Source: Balanoglossus misakiensis (Eukaryota; Animalia; Hemichordata). From it: a DNA stretch of 64,000 nt. The position numbers were made by a program, and so were the translations under genes. The stretch is from assembly GCA_040954595.2 (NCBI GenBank), contig CM082591.2:607782-671781 (forward strand), read 5' to 3'. The notes beneath the pieces were generated by a model, which worked only from the letters and a program-made list of their open reading frames with translations, did no database searches and had not been told where the DNA came from. Below, piece after piece: positions 1-13,842 of this stretch. Within the stretch, counting starts at the first letter, position 1; every line of letters begins with the position of its first letter.

Positions 1-3000
1 TATACAGGGTTATGAAATTAAGCACTTTTTGCCAACGGGGTTCTCTTCATTGAAAAGGCTCCTCTCGAGGGATCAACGCCTCGCGGCCAATTTCTTTTCT
101 TTGGTGACTTTACAATCTACGGCTCTAAAGGTTTACAAACGATATTGAAAACCATATCCATGTTTTCACCCTTCCGCTGCAAAAAAGTCTTGTCTGTGCA
201 ACTCCTTTTCGGAGAGTAAAACATTCCCCGTTCTTATCAGTATTTTTATTGGAGTCTACATTTATCTGCGGCCACCATCATCTCTACTTTACAAATGTTT
301 TCGTCCATCGTTCATAATCATATCTCCCCATTCTCGATTCTGTGATTCAGCTAACTTAGATAGAGAATTAGGGACAGAGACAGAGTTGTCAAGCAACCTG
401 AATAACCCCTCTTGCCAAATTGAAATCAGCAAACAAGATTTTGCACCAAATCCCTGAAAAGTAACTGCTCCGTGAAGCAGTGCGATATCAGACAGAAACA
501 CGGCGTTCAAATCGGGCAGCGTCCGCGACGACGCAAAGCACGCCGGGTAAATCTGCAATACACTCTTCATTAACTAATCACTCAGACGATTGTTCCCAGC
601 GAGTTCTGGCGAAGCCCGCAGTACCAGCGGCAACAGCTTCGTTTAACCCCAATATATTCGCATAAATATCAACGCCTTTAATTCAGCACAAAATATAATT
701 TCATAGCGTATTCAGGTCAATTTTCTCTTTATACTGTTTTAATTTGACGAAGTCTTTTTAATTATTTAAAGTAATTACTTAAAATACCTATACTCAATTA
801 TGTTAAAACCTATATATTAATAAGATAATATTGGAAATGGAACTCAGTCAATGGACTTCGATGATATGAGGCCTGGTAATAAAGAGCTTGATGCGATATC
901 TCGTGCGGACAGCTCCGTCAAAAAATACGTTCATAATACAAGACCTTAATTTTTGCGAACAATATTCCTAATAGATTCGAATGATCGGCAAGTTGGCATG
1001 AGCCAGGGGGCGAAAAGGAACGCAGTCACGATACGTTGATTGCATTCGGCACGCAAGCTGCTCCAGCCAAACATGTAAACGCTTTTACCGAGTAATTTCG
1101 TTAATGTCAGGCACCGTATCTCTGCGTTCCCGGGCCGGCCCCTCGGTAAATACAAAAACGCGAGCCTCACTCTCATTTACACGCGTTTATTATTTAGTAG
1201 TTGCGCAGAAATACATGACCTGTTGTGGCTATCGGTCTGGGAGTCCATTTAAAGGCCTGAACTGCTACATAACATGGGGAGGGGGGAACAGCTATAGGTG
1301 GAACATTGGAACATTACACGTGACGGGTTTCATCGCGTATTGTTCACATTGGACTTTTTTCTGTCCGCGCGTGCTTGTTCTTCCGTGCGCTAATCCAGTG
1401 GGACGAACGAACAATTAATTTCGTTGAAATTGTTTTTCTCTGAGGAATTTATTTTCTTTTAACAGGTAATTATTAAATTGTATGGCTTTAATTAGCAGGG
1501 GCCAATTAATCACGTGTTTAATAAATGTATTTGGCCTTCCTTCTCTTGATTTAAGCTGATATTGGATGATTATCTCGATGAAGTTTGTTCAAAGCGGGCA
1601 CTGGGGGACTGGGTGGGTTCAATCCCCACGAGATACCGCGAGATATTTCGAGATTCGAGAAATTGACAGTTAGCTTGAACTTGCTTGCAGTCTGAATGGG
1701 CAGGGTAGGACCGCGGTTGATTCCTATATCACATGAATACTTTAGTTATTGTATTACCTTGACCTGATACATGCAGCGGGATGTAAACATGAAATAATTA
1801 TTGATTAATTAATTAATCACTCACTCAATCAATCAAGTGGATCACGTATGTGCAATTAATAAAATACCAAGCAAGGCAAGAATTCATTTTTTGTGGTATC
1901 CATCCATGAATGAATACATTCCTCATTCCATTCTAAGTCTTCCCACAATCTTCCAATGCTATTGCAAATGTCGCCGCTATCTCTTGTCAAACTTAAAGGC
2001 GAGTTACACGAGGCAAATCGTGTATCTACTCCGGTTTCTACTTTCTCAGTGACATAACGTGGCCATTTTATTTTTCCAAGGTCAGGGATGATCTGTTCTG
2101 GCAATGTGGTTTGACCCACTGTATAAGTCCGCATCTGGCATCTTTTATTGTTGCGTTCCGGAGCACTCTTGGTGAATGTGCGGGCGTTCGTGTAATTTAT
2201 TTCTTCTTTCTTCCCTTTAACCATGATTGAAAGATATTTATGAGGGCTTGCATTCATTGGGGATAGCGAACCAAGGAGATTCCCGCGTCGATATGACAGT
2301 AATTTGTCTAATGTGGTCCGTTGTATGCGGCGATCAGCGCAATGCACGGTGATCTCGGCCTCGTCGCTTTGTAAATAATACAAAGCATCATTCCCACTCG
2401 GTGCCAATTGCTTTTCTTGGCGGGAATTCCGTCTTCATTTGGCTGGCAACACAATTGGATTTCGCCACGAAGGATAGCTTGCGCTATCTCAACCTTTTAG
2501 AACCCTGTAAAATTGAAGATTCCGCTGATATGGCATGTTCAAAGCACATGAATTGGACGCATCTATTCTTGGGGAGGGGGTTGCATGGATATGCAGACGG
2601 TTGGGCGATCCATTAGCACGGGGGGTATTTGACCAATCACGTCTCATTTGACCTTATTGCACCTGCTTTGTCGTGTTACGTCATTCTTGCAGTCACGTGA
2701 CTCACAAGTTCTTTGTGCGAACACTTCCATTACATAATATGCCATCGTCTATCGATTTATAAACTCGAAGTTACGTCATAGACGCCGACGCAGTGCAGCA
2801 AGTTGACTTCTCCAAACCACTCTCCCCTCCGCCTTCATTGCTCCTTCTGCATCCTCGTCCTATTCTCCAATCCCGATCCACCTAACTCTCTCTCTGCAAA
2901 AGTAAAACAATCACAAAATGGAAAAGATCCCTTATTTGCCTTATACCTGTTCACAAGAACAGAAATATATATTAACTTAATTTTATATTAATGAAATTAA

Positions 3001-6000
3001 TCCGCCATGACACGCGAGGGCCGCATTCTTAAGATCATAAACCATCACCCCCTACGTCAGAATATGACGCTGCTGTACGATAAAAGCGAGTCTATGCCGG
3101 CCTGGACCAAGGTTCATGACAAATGAGTCTAATAGAAAATTAAATATTAAAATCAATTAATGTTAGTAGTGTTAAGGGGAGCGACTTTGGCAATTTTCTA
3201 GCCGATATGTATTAAGGCATTTAGGCTTCCGTCTCAAATAAAGGGGGTCTTTCCCTACTTATCGTACAGGTATGTTTTTTTTCTACTGCGGTGACGCTTG
3301 AGCGATCTTTGATAACGAAGTAGAAGAAAAAAGCGGGATAATGATCTGTTGTGTTCATTGGATGGAATAGGGCAGTCACTATTACTGTCACCCTGTGAGA
3401 AAATGACAGACATGCGCCGTGACAATCGGAAGTGACGACACGGCTGTGTGTCTGTCGTCCCGTCTGTCTGTATCTGTGTCTCGATCTCTCTGACCGTGTC
3501 ACTGTTAATTTTACATCTTTCACGCAAGCGCGTTTATATGCTTGAATTTGCACTGTTTGGTCGTACTGACAGGTGACTGACGGGAGCCTGTCACCTTTTT
3601 ATATTCAACCTGTGGACAAGCAGCGAAATATATTGATAGACTGCACGTTTGGCTGTAATTTAACCAGTCAACTGGCAGAAAAATTAAAAAGTGCAAACAT
3701 AAAACCGAAAAAAATCTAACAGGCAGTGAACAACGTTCGCACGCGATATCTGGGAATTTGGCGAACGAGAATTTTTGAACATGTAAATGCCATTTCTTGG
3801 CGAATTCGTGTATCTGTTTACTCTAGCACAGCTCACAGGGAATTGGCCAAATTCGATTACGAATATGATTTTAGATTTTGCAATTTGGACATGTTTTATT
3901 CAAGATAATGAAAACGGGTCGTTGGGGACATAATGTGTGTTTTCGTGCAAGTAAGCTTCCAAAATAGTTTTACCTAGGGGGTGAAAACGACGCGTGTTTG
4001 TTTAATATATCATTTTAATGAATCAAAATTGTATAGCTTGTCATTGCGTTTTATACCAATATTATTTACTGTTTATCCAGCGTAGGCGATTTGTCCAAGT
4101 TTTGGCCGAGCGGTTACCCGCTCGTAATCTGCTTTGAGTCACGAAATATTGAACCAAATCTGTTGGGGCCCGGGTCTAGTAATCGCAATGGCAAAACAAC
4201 AGCTGTCATGGAGACAGAGCTCGCCCAGGATATCATTACAGGAGCACGTGAACCAAAGAGCCACCCATTGTGAAGTAACGGTGTTGTAAAATGATCACTT
4301 AATCTGCGTTGTACCAAGCTCGGGTCTCCGTCGAACAAAATGTGACGGGAAGGGCACCTCAGTGCCCGGAGCGAAAATATTGGGCCAATCCCGTTAATTT
4401 CAGTTGACAGACTACATACTGTTAGCACTAAGGGGCCGAATGACTTAACTTAGAGAAATTGTATGCTTATACTTTTCGTTCAGTTCACTTTTCGGGAGGG
4501 CGCCCCCACGTCATCGCTGTTCACAGACACACAAACTGTTTTCAAAAAGGGTGACACAATGTATTCGTACACGGATGGATATTTCTACATAGACACCAAC
4601 AAAAAACTTTCAATAACGACAATTTCACAGTGACGACCGCCGCTATAAAATTTTAATATCGAAGGATGGACATTTCAAAAGCAACATGGTACCCTTACTG
4701 AAAGTTAGAGCTCATGGGCCTTGAAATCAGAGAAAACCCCAGCCATAAAGCTATAAAACGTAAAAGGCAAACGCTTTTGCTCGCTAAACTAGATTAGTAT
4801 ATTTACATCGAAATTTCGATTAATGGACGATGCTAATTTGAAATATGTAATAGTGAAACTCCCCAGTCAGAAGACCGTCTGCAATTATATTAGAACAGGT
4901 CTTCTCGCTTGGGAGTGCCTGGCTGTTTGGACCAAACCCCGCCATTCTTTCCCGGAGAGTGTGTCTTCGTTTTTATTTTTCTCCGTTTAATTCCCTCTCT
5001 CTCGGGTGATTTTTATGAAATGTGATACTGATTTGCTCGATGGCGGTAAGGTCTTAGCTAAATCAGCGGCGACTTAGCGCTGACATCGGAGAGGGGAAAC
5101 CGCGACTGACGACTGCGCCTGGAGATCTTTCGCTGAGCTTTTGCCGTCCAAGCTGTACTTGGTAACCCAAGAAGCCTATGAATAATACACGACCAGAACA
5201 GAAAGGCAGATTATTAGGTTTTTTCACGAAGGAAAGATCTGTTTCCGTTAGCACGAGTGTAAGGCTGCAAATGCGGCTAGCCACCAATACTCAAAACATG
5301 TTGGTACAAAGAATTAGTCTATACATGTACAAGCCAACTTAGTGCGCGAAATCCTCGGAGATTTCAAAAAAATATTAAATAGACAAATAAACCCATAGTG
5401 TCGCATGATATCCAAATGGGTTGTGGGAACACAGTGTGTCGGTGACGTTTGAAGGTTGGAAATATGTTGTGGTTCACTTTTCCCCAATAGATGAGTAGAA
5501 GTCCATTTAAACCACAAATAAATAAGAATAAAATTAGTTTATATGTTTAGGCGTTGCTAATTAGGCGATTGTTAGCCACTGTAAATAAATCAATGGTCCG
5601 CTAAGTGGGACACCAAACACATCCGGGCATTCACATTAAAATACAACATGATATGAAACAGCATCATTGTGAATTCGGCTGATTGAATCAATTTCGGAAA
5701 CCGCGAGGCTTAGAACTGTTCAAACAGGTTCCTTCTTGTCAGATTTTTTTTGCAACAATGAATAAGTTTAATTAAGCCTATTGAGGGACAGTTAAATTAA
5801 AGTCTGTTCAATTGCAAATTTTTCGTATTGGTATTCAAAAGTTGTAATAATGAAACGCTCGCGAATCAAACGGCGCAAAAGAACACCTCAAGGTGTTTGA
5901 AACCGTTTTGGTCAGAAATATTTTCTCTTCACTCAGAAATGTAGTTTTGGCCTTCGTTAGAACTTTCACGCCAAAAGAATTAAGTGTAACATTGTTTTGA

Positions 6001-6319
6001 TATAGCCGGGAGGGATGATTACTCATTAAGAAAGCGATTTTGATTCGTCAGTGGAAAAGGACCCGCTCAATTGTTGATTAAAATCCGTAATTAAGGCCCG
6101 ACCCTTGCCGCTAATTGAGTGCACGCAGCGTGGTCGGCGTGTCACGTCAGCGGAAATGTGTTACGTGGTCCGAACACGTTCAGAAAACTGATACCAACAG
6201 AGGGGTTGGACACAGTCAGTGATCGGCAAGGGTGTATGCGAGAACACGCAACATAGAGACCATAGGATAACCACAAATCGTGGCAGTACAACGGTCCACG
6301 CTGTCGGCCTAAACCCCGC

Positions 6320-6460
6320 CGCTGTATAAGCGCTCTCTGGCATGTCAACAGTGTTACCTGCCATGGTACCCGAAACGAAGAGTCCGCTGTTAGTCAGTAA
6401 GTTACTTGTTGTTTTTGTTCGCAAGCGTCTCAGGATGCGGGCGGGGCGGTGGTGTACTTT
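6320..6460 (+). promoter_or_regulatory. Putative LMO core promoter / 5' region
   Basis: TATA-like gtataag at ~6325, a GC-box-like gcggggcggt at ~6441, and CpG-rich sequence just upstream of the putative first exon. Confidence 0.35.
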
Positions 6461-6623
6461 TAGAGCGTGTTGGCCACAACTGGCCGCCGTTGGCCGCTTC
6501 GACCTGGGCGGGGAGACTCGCACGACACTTTCACCGTGTCGTTGTCTGGTACCATCGCTGTAAAAAAGTCGCTCTCGCGTCTATCCTCTGTTTTGGTTTC
6601 CGGTCAGTACAATCGTGACTGAA

Positions 6624-6627
6624 ATGC
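6624..6627 (+). CDS. LMO gene, putative coding exon 1 (only ATG+C are coding; the rest of the exon is 5' UTR)
   Basis: gaaATGC|GTAAGT: ATG followed by one base and a consensus donor. Phase 1 matches the phase-1 acceptor at 10034, giving M-H-K-V-E-I-L. The total CDS of 4+211+126+199 = 540 nt is in frame (179 aa). Confidence 0.6.
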
Positions 6628-9600
6628 GTAAGTAATCCTTCTCGCCATTTTCGAAGTCTCCCAGATGCGGTCAGTGACAAACAGTGCGTGACCAGGGAAA
6701 CATTTACCAAGCTTGTCTTTAGTTACACAAAGGTTGAATCATTAAGTTGTCAAGACAGAAATGTTTTCGAGATTTCCTCAAGATTGTGAACCCGTGCATC
6801 AAGTTGTCGGGTATATGTGTGTACCAATGTGGGAGTGTCTGACACTCGCTCATCGACACATGCAGACTGTTTTGAAATTTCTCCTAATCAGACTTGTAGA
6901 AATACATTACCAGTAAACATCTAATGTGTAACTCAGAACACAAGTGAATACGTCATTACTACGGAATAATCTTAGGAATTGTCTCTCGCCCGTGTCAACC
7001 CACAAAACCCTGTTTGAACAAGTGGCCATTTGGAGCCAACTGCCAAGAAACACACACACGCTTCTTCCCCTCTAATGAGCAAAGTAATTGCATGTTGGTT
7101 CTCCCAAAACAAAAGTCTTTTTGAAACGCCGATCTGCTGTAGGCTTCGAAGTGTATTGTTGTCTGTAAGACGAAAACACCAACAAAGAAGAATGAAGGAG
7201 TGTTGTTCAGTGCATACAATCAATCTTATTAGGCTGTGTTAACAAAATCACGGACCGTTAATTCTCGTCAAGGACTCGCTTCATGACTGTCGGTTACATC
7301 GGCCTAGTTGTGTGGAGATATCAACGCCGGTCCTGGGTGGTTTAGCACATGTACCAACTTTTACAGCGCATTAGCCGCATTGCCATATCCCTGCCACTCG
7401 GTGCCGCGGTAGAAAAAAGGCATACGCAGTCATATAGGCTTAGCTGGAATAGCCGACACAAATCTCATAAGCCTAATAAGATAACGGCGGTACAGCGACT
7501 GTGTTAAAGCCGCCCGCTTATTGTGGTTCCGTCCTTTAGCTGGTGCGTGTACAGGCTGGCGATCACATCGGTTACCCGTACAATGGTGTTACCGTCCGAT
7601 TTATTCGGATTATTCGTAAGTCCGTTTACTTATGAAAAAATCCCCGCGTGTAGCAAAAACGAGATTCAAATTTTGCTTTAATTTGTAGTTTTGATCTTTC
7701 GACAATTTGGTGAAAGGGAAAACAGGACAACGGCCATTGCTGTTGTTGTATGATGTGGGTAATTGTCGGTTGAATTATTCGTTAAGACATTCTAATTACC
7801 ATCTTTAATGATACGTGTATTCATGTGGTGAAAGTTTGTTTTCTCTTCCTCTTCCTAAATATTTACATAATTGACATAAATTGATGTTCTAATTGACACC
7901 AGTGACGAGTCTGATCTCCACCATCATTCATGTAGCTGTAACACACGCAGACAGCAATGCCAGTGTGTTTTTAAAAATTCATTTTGTCGTATAATGTGAC
8001 TTTTTTTATTTTTCCGTACATAATGTAATAGTACAGTAATAATTATGCGGATTGATTGACGGGCGTGACCGTGACGAATTAGAACACAACACATCTTCGC
8101 CACACTTTTAATTAAAGAACATTTAAAACAAAACACTCCACACATTCAACTAATAAGACTAATCACGCGCGTCCAATTCTTAATCACGCCAGATTGACCC
8201 AATTTTAATTAGGGCGATTCTTCTCAGTGTAGGGCTTATGGCGCTGGTGTCAGCTGCCAGCAAATCGTACACGTTGACCGGAGACCCAGTATTCGCCTTG
8301 ATCCCCTGATGCCAATATGTGTGCAATGGGACCCTGTAAATAAATGTGTCCATTGATGTTTGTAGAAAATAACGTTAAATTGAAATTCGTTCCTTAGATC
8401 TAGTGGGTTTTTAACGCCAGAGTCCATCGTCTTGTTCTCTTCAAGTTTACATTGCCCTCGTAATGCTGCAGTCATGAAAAAAAACACCTGATAAAGTTTC
8501 CAACAGAAATTTACTTCGTGAGATATTTTTTCAAAGCATTCCTCACCTTTGTTCCCTGTTCAATGGTGGACGCCATTGACAGCCGAAATTTTCCATTGTT
8601 AATTATTCTGCGTTGATTAATCGGTACCCTGTGAAAAACAGGTCGCTTTTGATGGTCATTGTTTCACGCACGGACGAAACCAAGTTGGAATCTTAGATCT
8701 TCCGGCAAAGCAAACTGCTAACAAAGTAATCATATCTTTTCTGCGTAGAAAGTTTTCAGTGGCATAAAACGCACAGCTTTGTCGACAACGCGATATGAGC
8801 TGGGAAATTTTTATCCGATTCGGAAAAGACATATTTAGTTGTACTATAAAGACGTACATTCTGGGGTTTTTCTCCGATAAATTTGATGAACGCGTAATAC
8901 GGAATTTTTCCTGGTACAGGAAAAGTTAAAAACAAGAATGGCGGCATCCTAAGTATAGTAACTGCATCAGAACACGCCAGCTAAGCCATGATTCCATCAA
9001 GCTTTTTAATTAAATAAAACATGTCGTCTGCCGGCTGACGTTTATCCAAGTCGCAAAAATCTGGCGTGTTTTACGCATATTGATATTTGGCTGTACAGCT
9101 GCTCACCCTCAAAGCAAATGCTGTTGTCGATCACTTGAGTCAAAAACTTCACAGCAGTGACTTTCTAGTGTGGCCAGAATGTACATGTGAAAGTTTCTGA
9201 GAGCAGCGGCAGCAACCATTTTAAAAAGCAAGAAACAAACACCGAGTGTTGGACCGGACTGATTGATAACCGTGTAACTGCACGTCACGTGATAATGAAC
9301 GGTAATTGAATTGGTCATGGGGTCATTATTTCTTGCAGTAAGAATATCGGAGATGTCGCGAAAAGCAAAATCATTCATGTACTTGCCGCATTTATAGTAT
9401 ATGAAATGTCATACAAGTAACGACACAAACTTCGACGGCGTATAAGTGTAATATTTCGGAACAGTTTCATATGTACAAACAAACCTCAATTTTCGTAGCA
9501 AAACAAACCAAACATCACCATTGTATGTCTCACGTTAGTTTAGGATCTCTTTACAGGTTAGATCACTTCTCGTCGAGAGTAATTGATCGTCAATGATTGT

Positions 9601-10033
9601 GCGTTAGGACTTATTGAATTTCAAAAGAAACATTTGTTTTATCGGACCTTGAAGTAAAATGCTTTTCTTCAAAAGGTGAAACCTTATCCTACCGTTTGAC
9701 GTTTTGCCGCCGCGTGTCCAGATCGACCGACTTCATGTGTCTTTTGTCGCTAACACACGTACACGCGCCAAGCCGACCGTGTAGGGAACGTATCCTGTCC
9801 TTGTTTGTGTTAATTTGTTGGAGTGTAATATGTAGCTTGTACCAACAAATATTGATATTGGATGTTAGTTGTTCGGACAGTTGCCACAAATGGACGTAGT
9901 CATCCAACTGACGCCATATTAGTTCTGACAACGAATGGACAATTCTTACCGTGGTCATGCCCTCTTGTTTATGACTGCCATTCCTCTCCTCTCTCTCCCC
10001 ATCTAAGCATCTCTTCAATTCTCCTCTCAACAG

Positions 10034-10244
10034 ACAAAGTCGAAATCCTCGACGCGCCGCCAGATAAGAGGAACTGCGCCGGTTGCAAGAAGAAAATCAA
10101 AGACAGATATTTACTGAAAGCTTTGGACCAATTTTGGCACGAAGATTGTCTCAAATGTGCCTGTTGTGATTGCAGACTTGGAGAGGTCGGTTCCACACTC
10201 TACATCAAAGCAAACCTCATGTTATGTAAACGCGACTATCTCAG
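10034..10244 (+). CDS. LMO1/3: LIM domain only protein (LMO1/LMO3/rhombotin/Beadex-like), exon 2: LIM1
   Basis: Pyrimidine tract + cag acceptor (10031-10033) and AG|GTGAGT donor. Encodes [57 protein letters not shown], nearly identical to vertebrate LMO1/3 LIM1. Confidence 0.95.
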
Positions 10245-11824
10245 GTGAGTGGACACCCAAACATTTGTCGTGTAGTGCTTTATAACTACAAACATTGTCA
10301 TCCATGTTCTAACACCACAGCATCATGTATGTGTATGCTTTGTCACTTGTAAAACACCAATGTCACAAACTTTTATTTCATATTACGAAAAACGACGACT
10401 TATAAATAAAATATAGTCCTGTATCATATGCGCACCGCTAACTTTGGCTTCGAGTTTCCTGTTTTGCATTCATAAAGCGATGAGAACTTTGGCGCCGTAA
10501 GGTAAAACGAAAGAAAAGTTTGTGATCGGTCTCGCCTCGGGAAACATCAAAGGCCCGCGGCCTGTTCATGGTGTCTACACCACCGACCATCGTCGCTGCT
10601 TCGATGAAAACCACGGCTCATAACTCGCATCTCGTTACGCGCCAAATGGCGCCCTCCCAGCCGGAAGAAATTAATCAATGAATAATTGACGCCCTGCCTC
10701 TGTCATTATACATCGGAAACTGTGTTTATTTTGCACATCCTCACCAATCGATGAATCGAATCCGACAACCGGAATTCAGAGAGTTTAAACTTCGGGGCAT
10801 CGGTTCCCTTTCTCTCACACGAGAACCCAACCAGGCGTGAGGAGTCAGACAGCGAAACGAGCTCTAAGACAAAACCGCCAAAGAAGAGGCCGAGATAATT
10901 TGGAAAGTTAAATGTGTACGTGTGAGCAAACTCGGCGAGAGCAAGTGATGTAGTTTTACGCACGCGATCTTTATTTTTGTGGCGGTTGCAATTCAGCGGC
11001 AGCCTGCATCAATATCTATAGTTCTTTACAGTGCTCTCAACGAGACATTTCCCAAAATGTTGATTGATGAACTCTTCTGATCATCTTTAAGTCTAATAAA
11101 CATTTGTGGCCAATTTGGCCAAAAAATGAAATCATGCAATTATCAGTGGCAGTAAAATATCACACGGTTGGTGACCTATAGCTAAAGAACATAACAAAAG
11201 ACGATGCTTTCAGCTAAACGCCAAGGTCATTGAAAATGTAGTTTGTACAAAAAAGTGCAAATGGAGCGAAGATGAGCACACAGCTTTTGATCGCAAACCC
11301 AGTCACGTGAGCTACATTGCAAACTGTCAGTTTGTGTTCTTCCGCACGATTGAGTTCCGCGCCTGGGGTACATCACGGCCGTTGCCACTGCTGTCCCCAG
11401 TGGCTGAAACGATAATGAATGTCATACCGTTTTAATAAATAAAATAATGCAAGTTAAGTTGTACCATTTATCAGAACGGAAGCGATATCAACGACATCTG
11501 GGTGAATCTGGAACCTTCCGGACTTTGCACGCCTTTTCCAGCCCTTCTGATCAGGGACGGTGTAAATAATATATTGTCGCTTGTGGGATATGTACTCTGA
11601 TCTGCAGTGGTTGCCGGTAGCATAGCTTCACGGACAAAATGCAACTTTATATTTTTTTTATATCGTCGTCTGTTCAACCGAGTGAGCATTTGGTTTGTTG
11701 CTTCAGGGGACTTTCGTTAAACCAGACTGGAAAAGTCCGGTGGTGGCGTCGTCATCTTCATCGTCATCATCATCTAACTTCTCAAAGTGACTAATATTTT
11801 TTTTTCTTGAATTCCCTTCTCCAG

Positions 11825-11950
11825 GTTGTTCGGCACGACTGGATACTGTGCCGCGTGTGCAAAAGTTATTCCAGCGTTCGAGATGGTGATGAGAGCCAGA
11901 GAGAACGTTTATCACCTTGAATGCTTTGCTTGTCAACAGTGCAATCACAG
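11825..11950 (+). CDS. LMO1/3: LMO exon 3: LIM2 N-terminal half
   Basis: ttctccag| acceptor and cag|GTAATG donor; phase 2/2. Encodes [42 protein letters not shown]. Confidence 0.95.
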
Positions 11951-11992
11951 GTAATGGCACGACTCGTATGATAATGTAGCTAGCAAACCAGT

Positions 11993-12056
11993 TAGCCAGC
12001 CAGCCAACAGATAGACAGACAGCTGACAGACAGACAGAAGGACAGACAGACAGACA
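11993..12056. repeat. Imperfect (CAGC)/(CAGA) tetranucleotide microsatellite in the last LMO intron
   Basis: agccagccagccaacagatagacagac...gacagacagacagac. Confidence 0.8.
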
Positions 12057-12163
12057 ATTAGATGATCGATCGAACGAAACCATTTGTGCGAGTACATGTT
12101 GTCCTTCACTCCCTTATAGCGCCACCAGCGACACATTTAACCACCCCTGTTGTTTATTCCCAG

Positions 12164-12362
12164 GTTTTGCGTCGGCGACAAATTTTACCTGAGGAACAAT
12201 AAAATACTCTGTGAAGATGACTATGAAGAAGTGATGATGATGACGATGGGCTCATACTACAAGCCGCCAGTCTCTATGGCAACGATACAGACAGAGGACA
12301 ATATGACCCCCATCAGCTCGTCGATACAACCCTCATCCATACCACAACCGACGTCGGTTTAG
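12164..12362 (+). CDS. LMO1/3: LMO exon 4: end of LIM2 plus Ser/Pro/Thr-rich tail
   Basis: ttcccag| acceptor. Encodes FCVGDKFYLRNNKILCEDDYEE...QPTSV*, stop TAG at 12360-12362. AATAAA signals follow at 12652, 13351 and 13434. Confidence 0.93.
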
Positions 12363-13826
12363 AAGTTAATATACTCCTGCCATCTGCTTCGGCAAACCTA
12401 ATTTAAAACGCTATAAACTGTATATATATATTTTGTCTTTTTAAAAACTTTTTTCCTCCGAAATTATTTCTGTTGTCTGTATCGCTGAGATACGGCATTT
12501 GCATTGGGCGAGTCTGGTTATTTTTTATTTCATTTTCCGCTTAATAGTTACAACTTGGCCTGGCTATAAACATTTTGGCCTGCAGAGAATGGCCATCTGT
12601 ATATACATTGTATTTTGGTCAGTGTGCTGCTATCGGCTATTCACAGAACAAAATAAACTTTAAAAGGTTATTTTATCCGCAGCATATTTTAAAATATCGC
12701 AAAAGCACTGATTGGCCGCCGTATTATTGTAAATAGTGGTCTGTACGAGAAAATCGGAAAGGCAAGACATTTATTCCGTGTTCATCCTAAAACTTATTGC
12801 ACTTAGAAAAGTTTTGATCGATGTATAAGTTTCCATGGAATTTAGTAAGGCTGCCAAACCGAGAACGTACTTTTATAATTTACTGCTTATGATTTTAGTA
12901 AATTGATAAGGGTCATTTTGGCACTACTGTGTATGTAATCATGTGACCGCGATGCGCACTGACCCATGAAAGGTCACGAGACCGAGGTAGACTGTAGTGT
13001 TATGGTGGAAATGTCATTTTCGGTTTTATCGCTTGTTGTGTAATTTTCAAATTTCATGGAACTATGTTTTGTCTGAAATTCTTTGTTTTGGTAGTTTTAC
13101 TTGTATAATATATACAATAAAATAAGATATCTTTAAGGTGTTCAGGATTCTACATTTTTTTAATGACAGTTGAGGATGGATATCAGTCTTGTAAACATCG
13201 CCCTCGATTAAAGATTGAGCAATGCATTCATTTACATGTATATGTTCACTCCTCCTCCCTCCATGGACTGCAGCTAGCGCCACCATCGACTGGTTTCTCA
13301 GTCTGTAATCGTCAGTGAAAGGGGTTGGAGCAAGTATCCGCTTCGTCGTAAATAAACGGTTGACCTCTTCGGCTTTATATTTAAATGTGAAGCTGTAAGT
13401 CAGAAAAGGGCCACTGTCGTCAGTTTATATTCTAATAAAATGCACATTATCACCTGTTCAGATTTATGTAAATGTTATTGTATTTCAATTAACACTTCGA
13501 GGCTGAATAGACTCGACTTGAGGGTGCCACGATTCTGTGTTCGTGATTTGAATATGAATGCGCCGTCATACACCTGTGAATACGGAATAATAATTCCTGT
13601 TTGCGTGTCTTGTATGTGCACAGAAAAAGTACTCCTTTCAAAAACCGAGACGGAAAAACACGCAAAGTGTTTCAGCAAACTGTAAATTTAAATTTACCTG
13701 ACAGGAAATAAAAAGCACACCCCGGGGAGATCATCAACAGAGTCCAACGCATCATTGTGCGCATACAAATTTCTTTCTCGAATTTCTTGAACGGTTTATA
13801 GTCAAGTCCAGTTCTAGTGGGAAGGA

Positions 13827-13842
13827 GGGGGGGGGGGGGGGG
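13827..13842. repeat. Poly-G run (~16 nt)
   Basis: ggaaggagggggggggggggggggaag seen directly. Confidence 0.85.

Noticed and set aside
1856-2407. 183-aa minus-strand ORF
   Set aside because: Non-ATG start, no recognisable domain or splice context; probably a chance ORF in LMO upstream DNA.
9862-10033. N-terminal part of the ORF-track 128-aa LIM ORF
   Set aside because: It is the intronic polypyrimidine tract; the real exon starts after cag at 10033.
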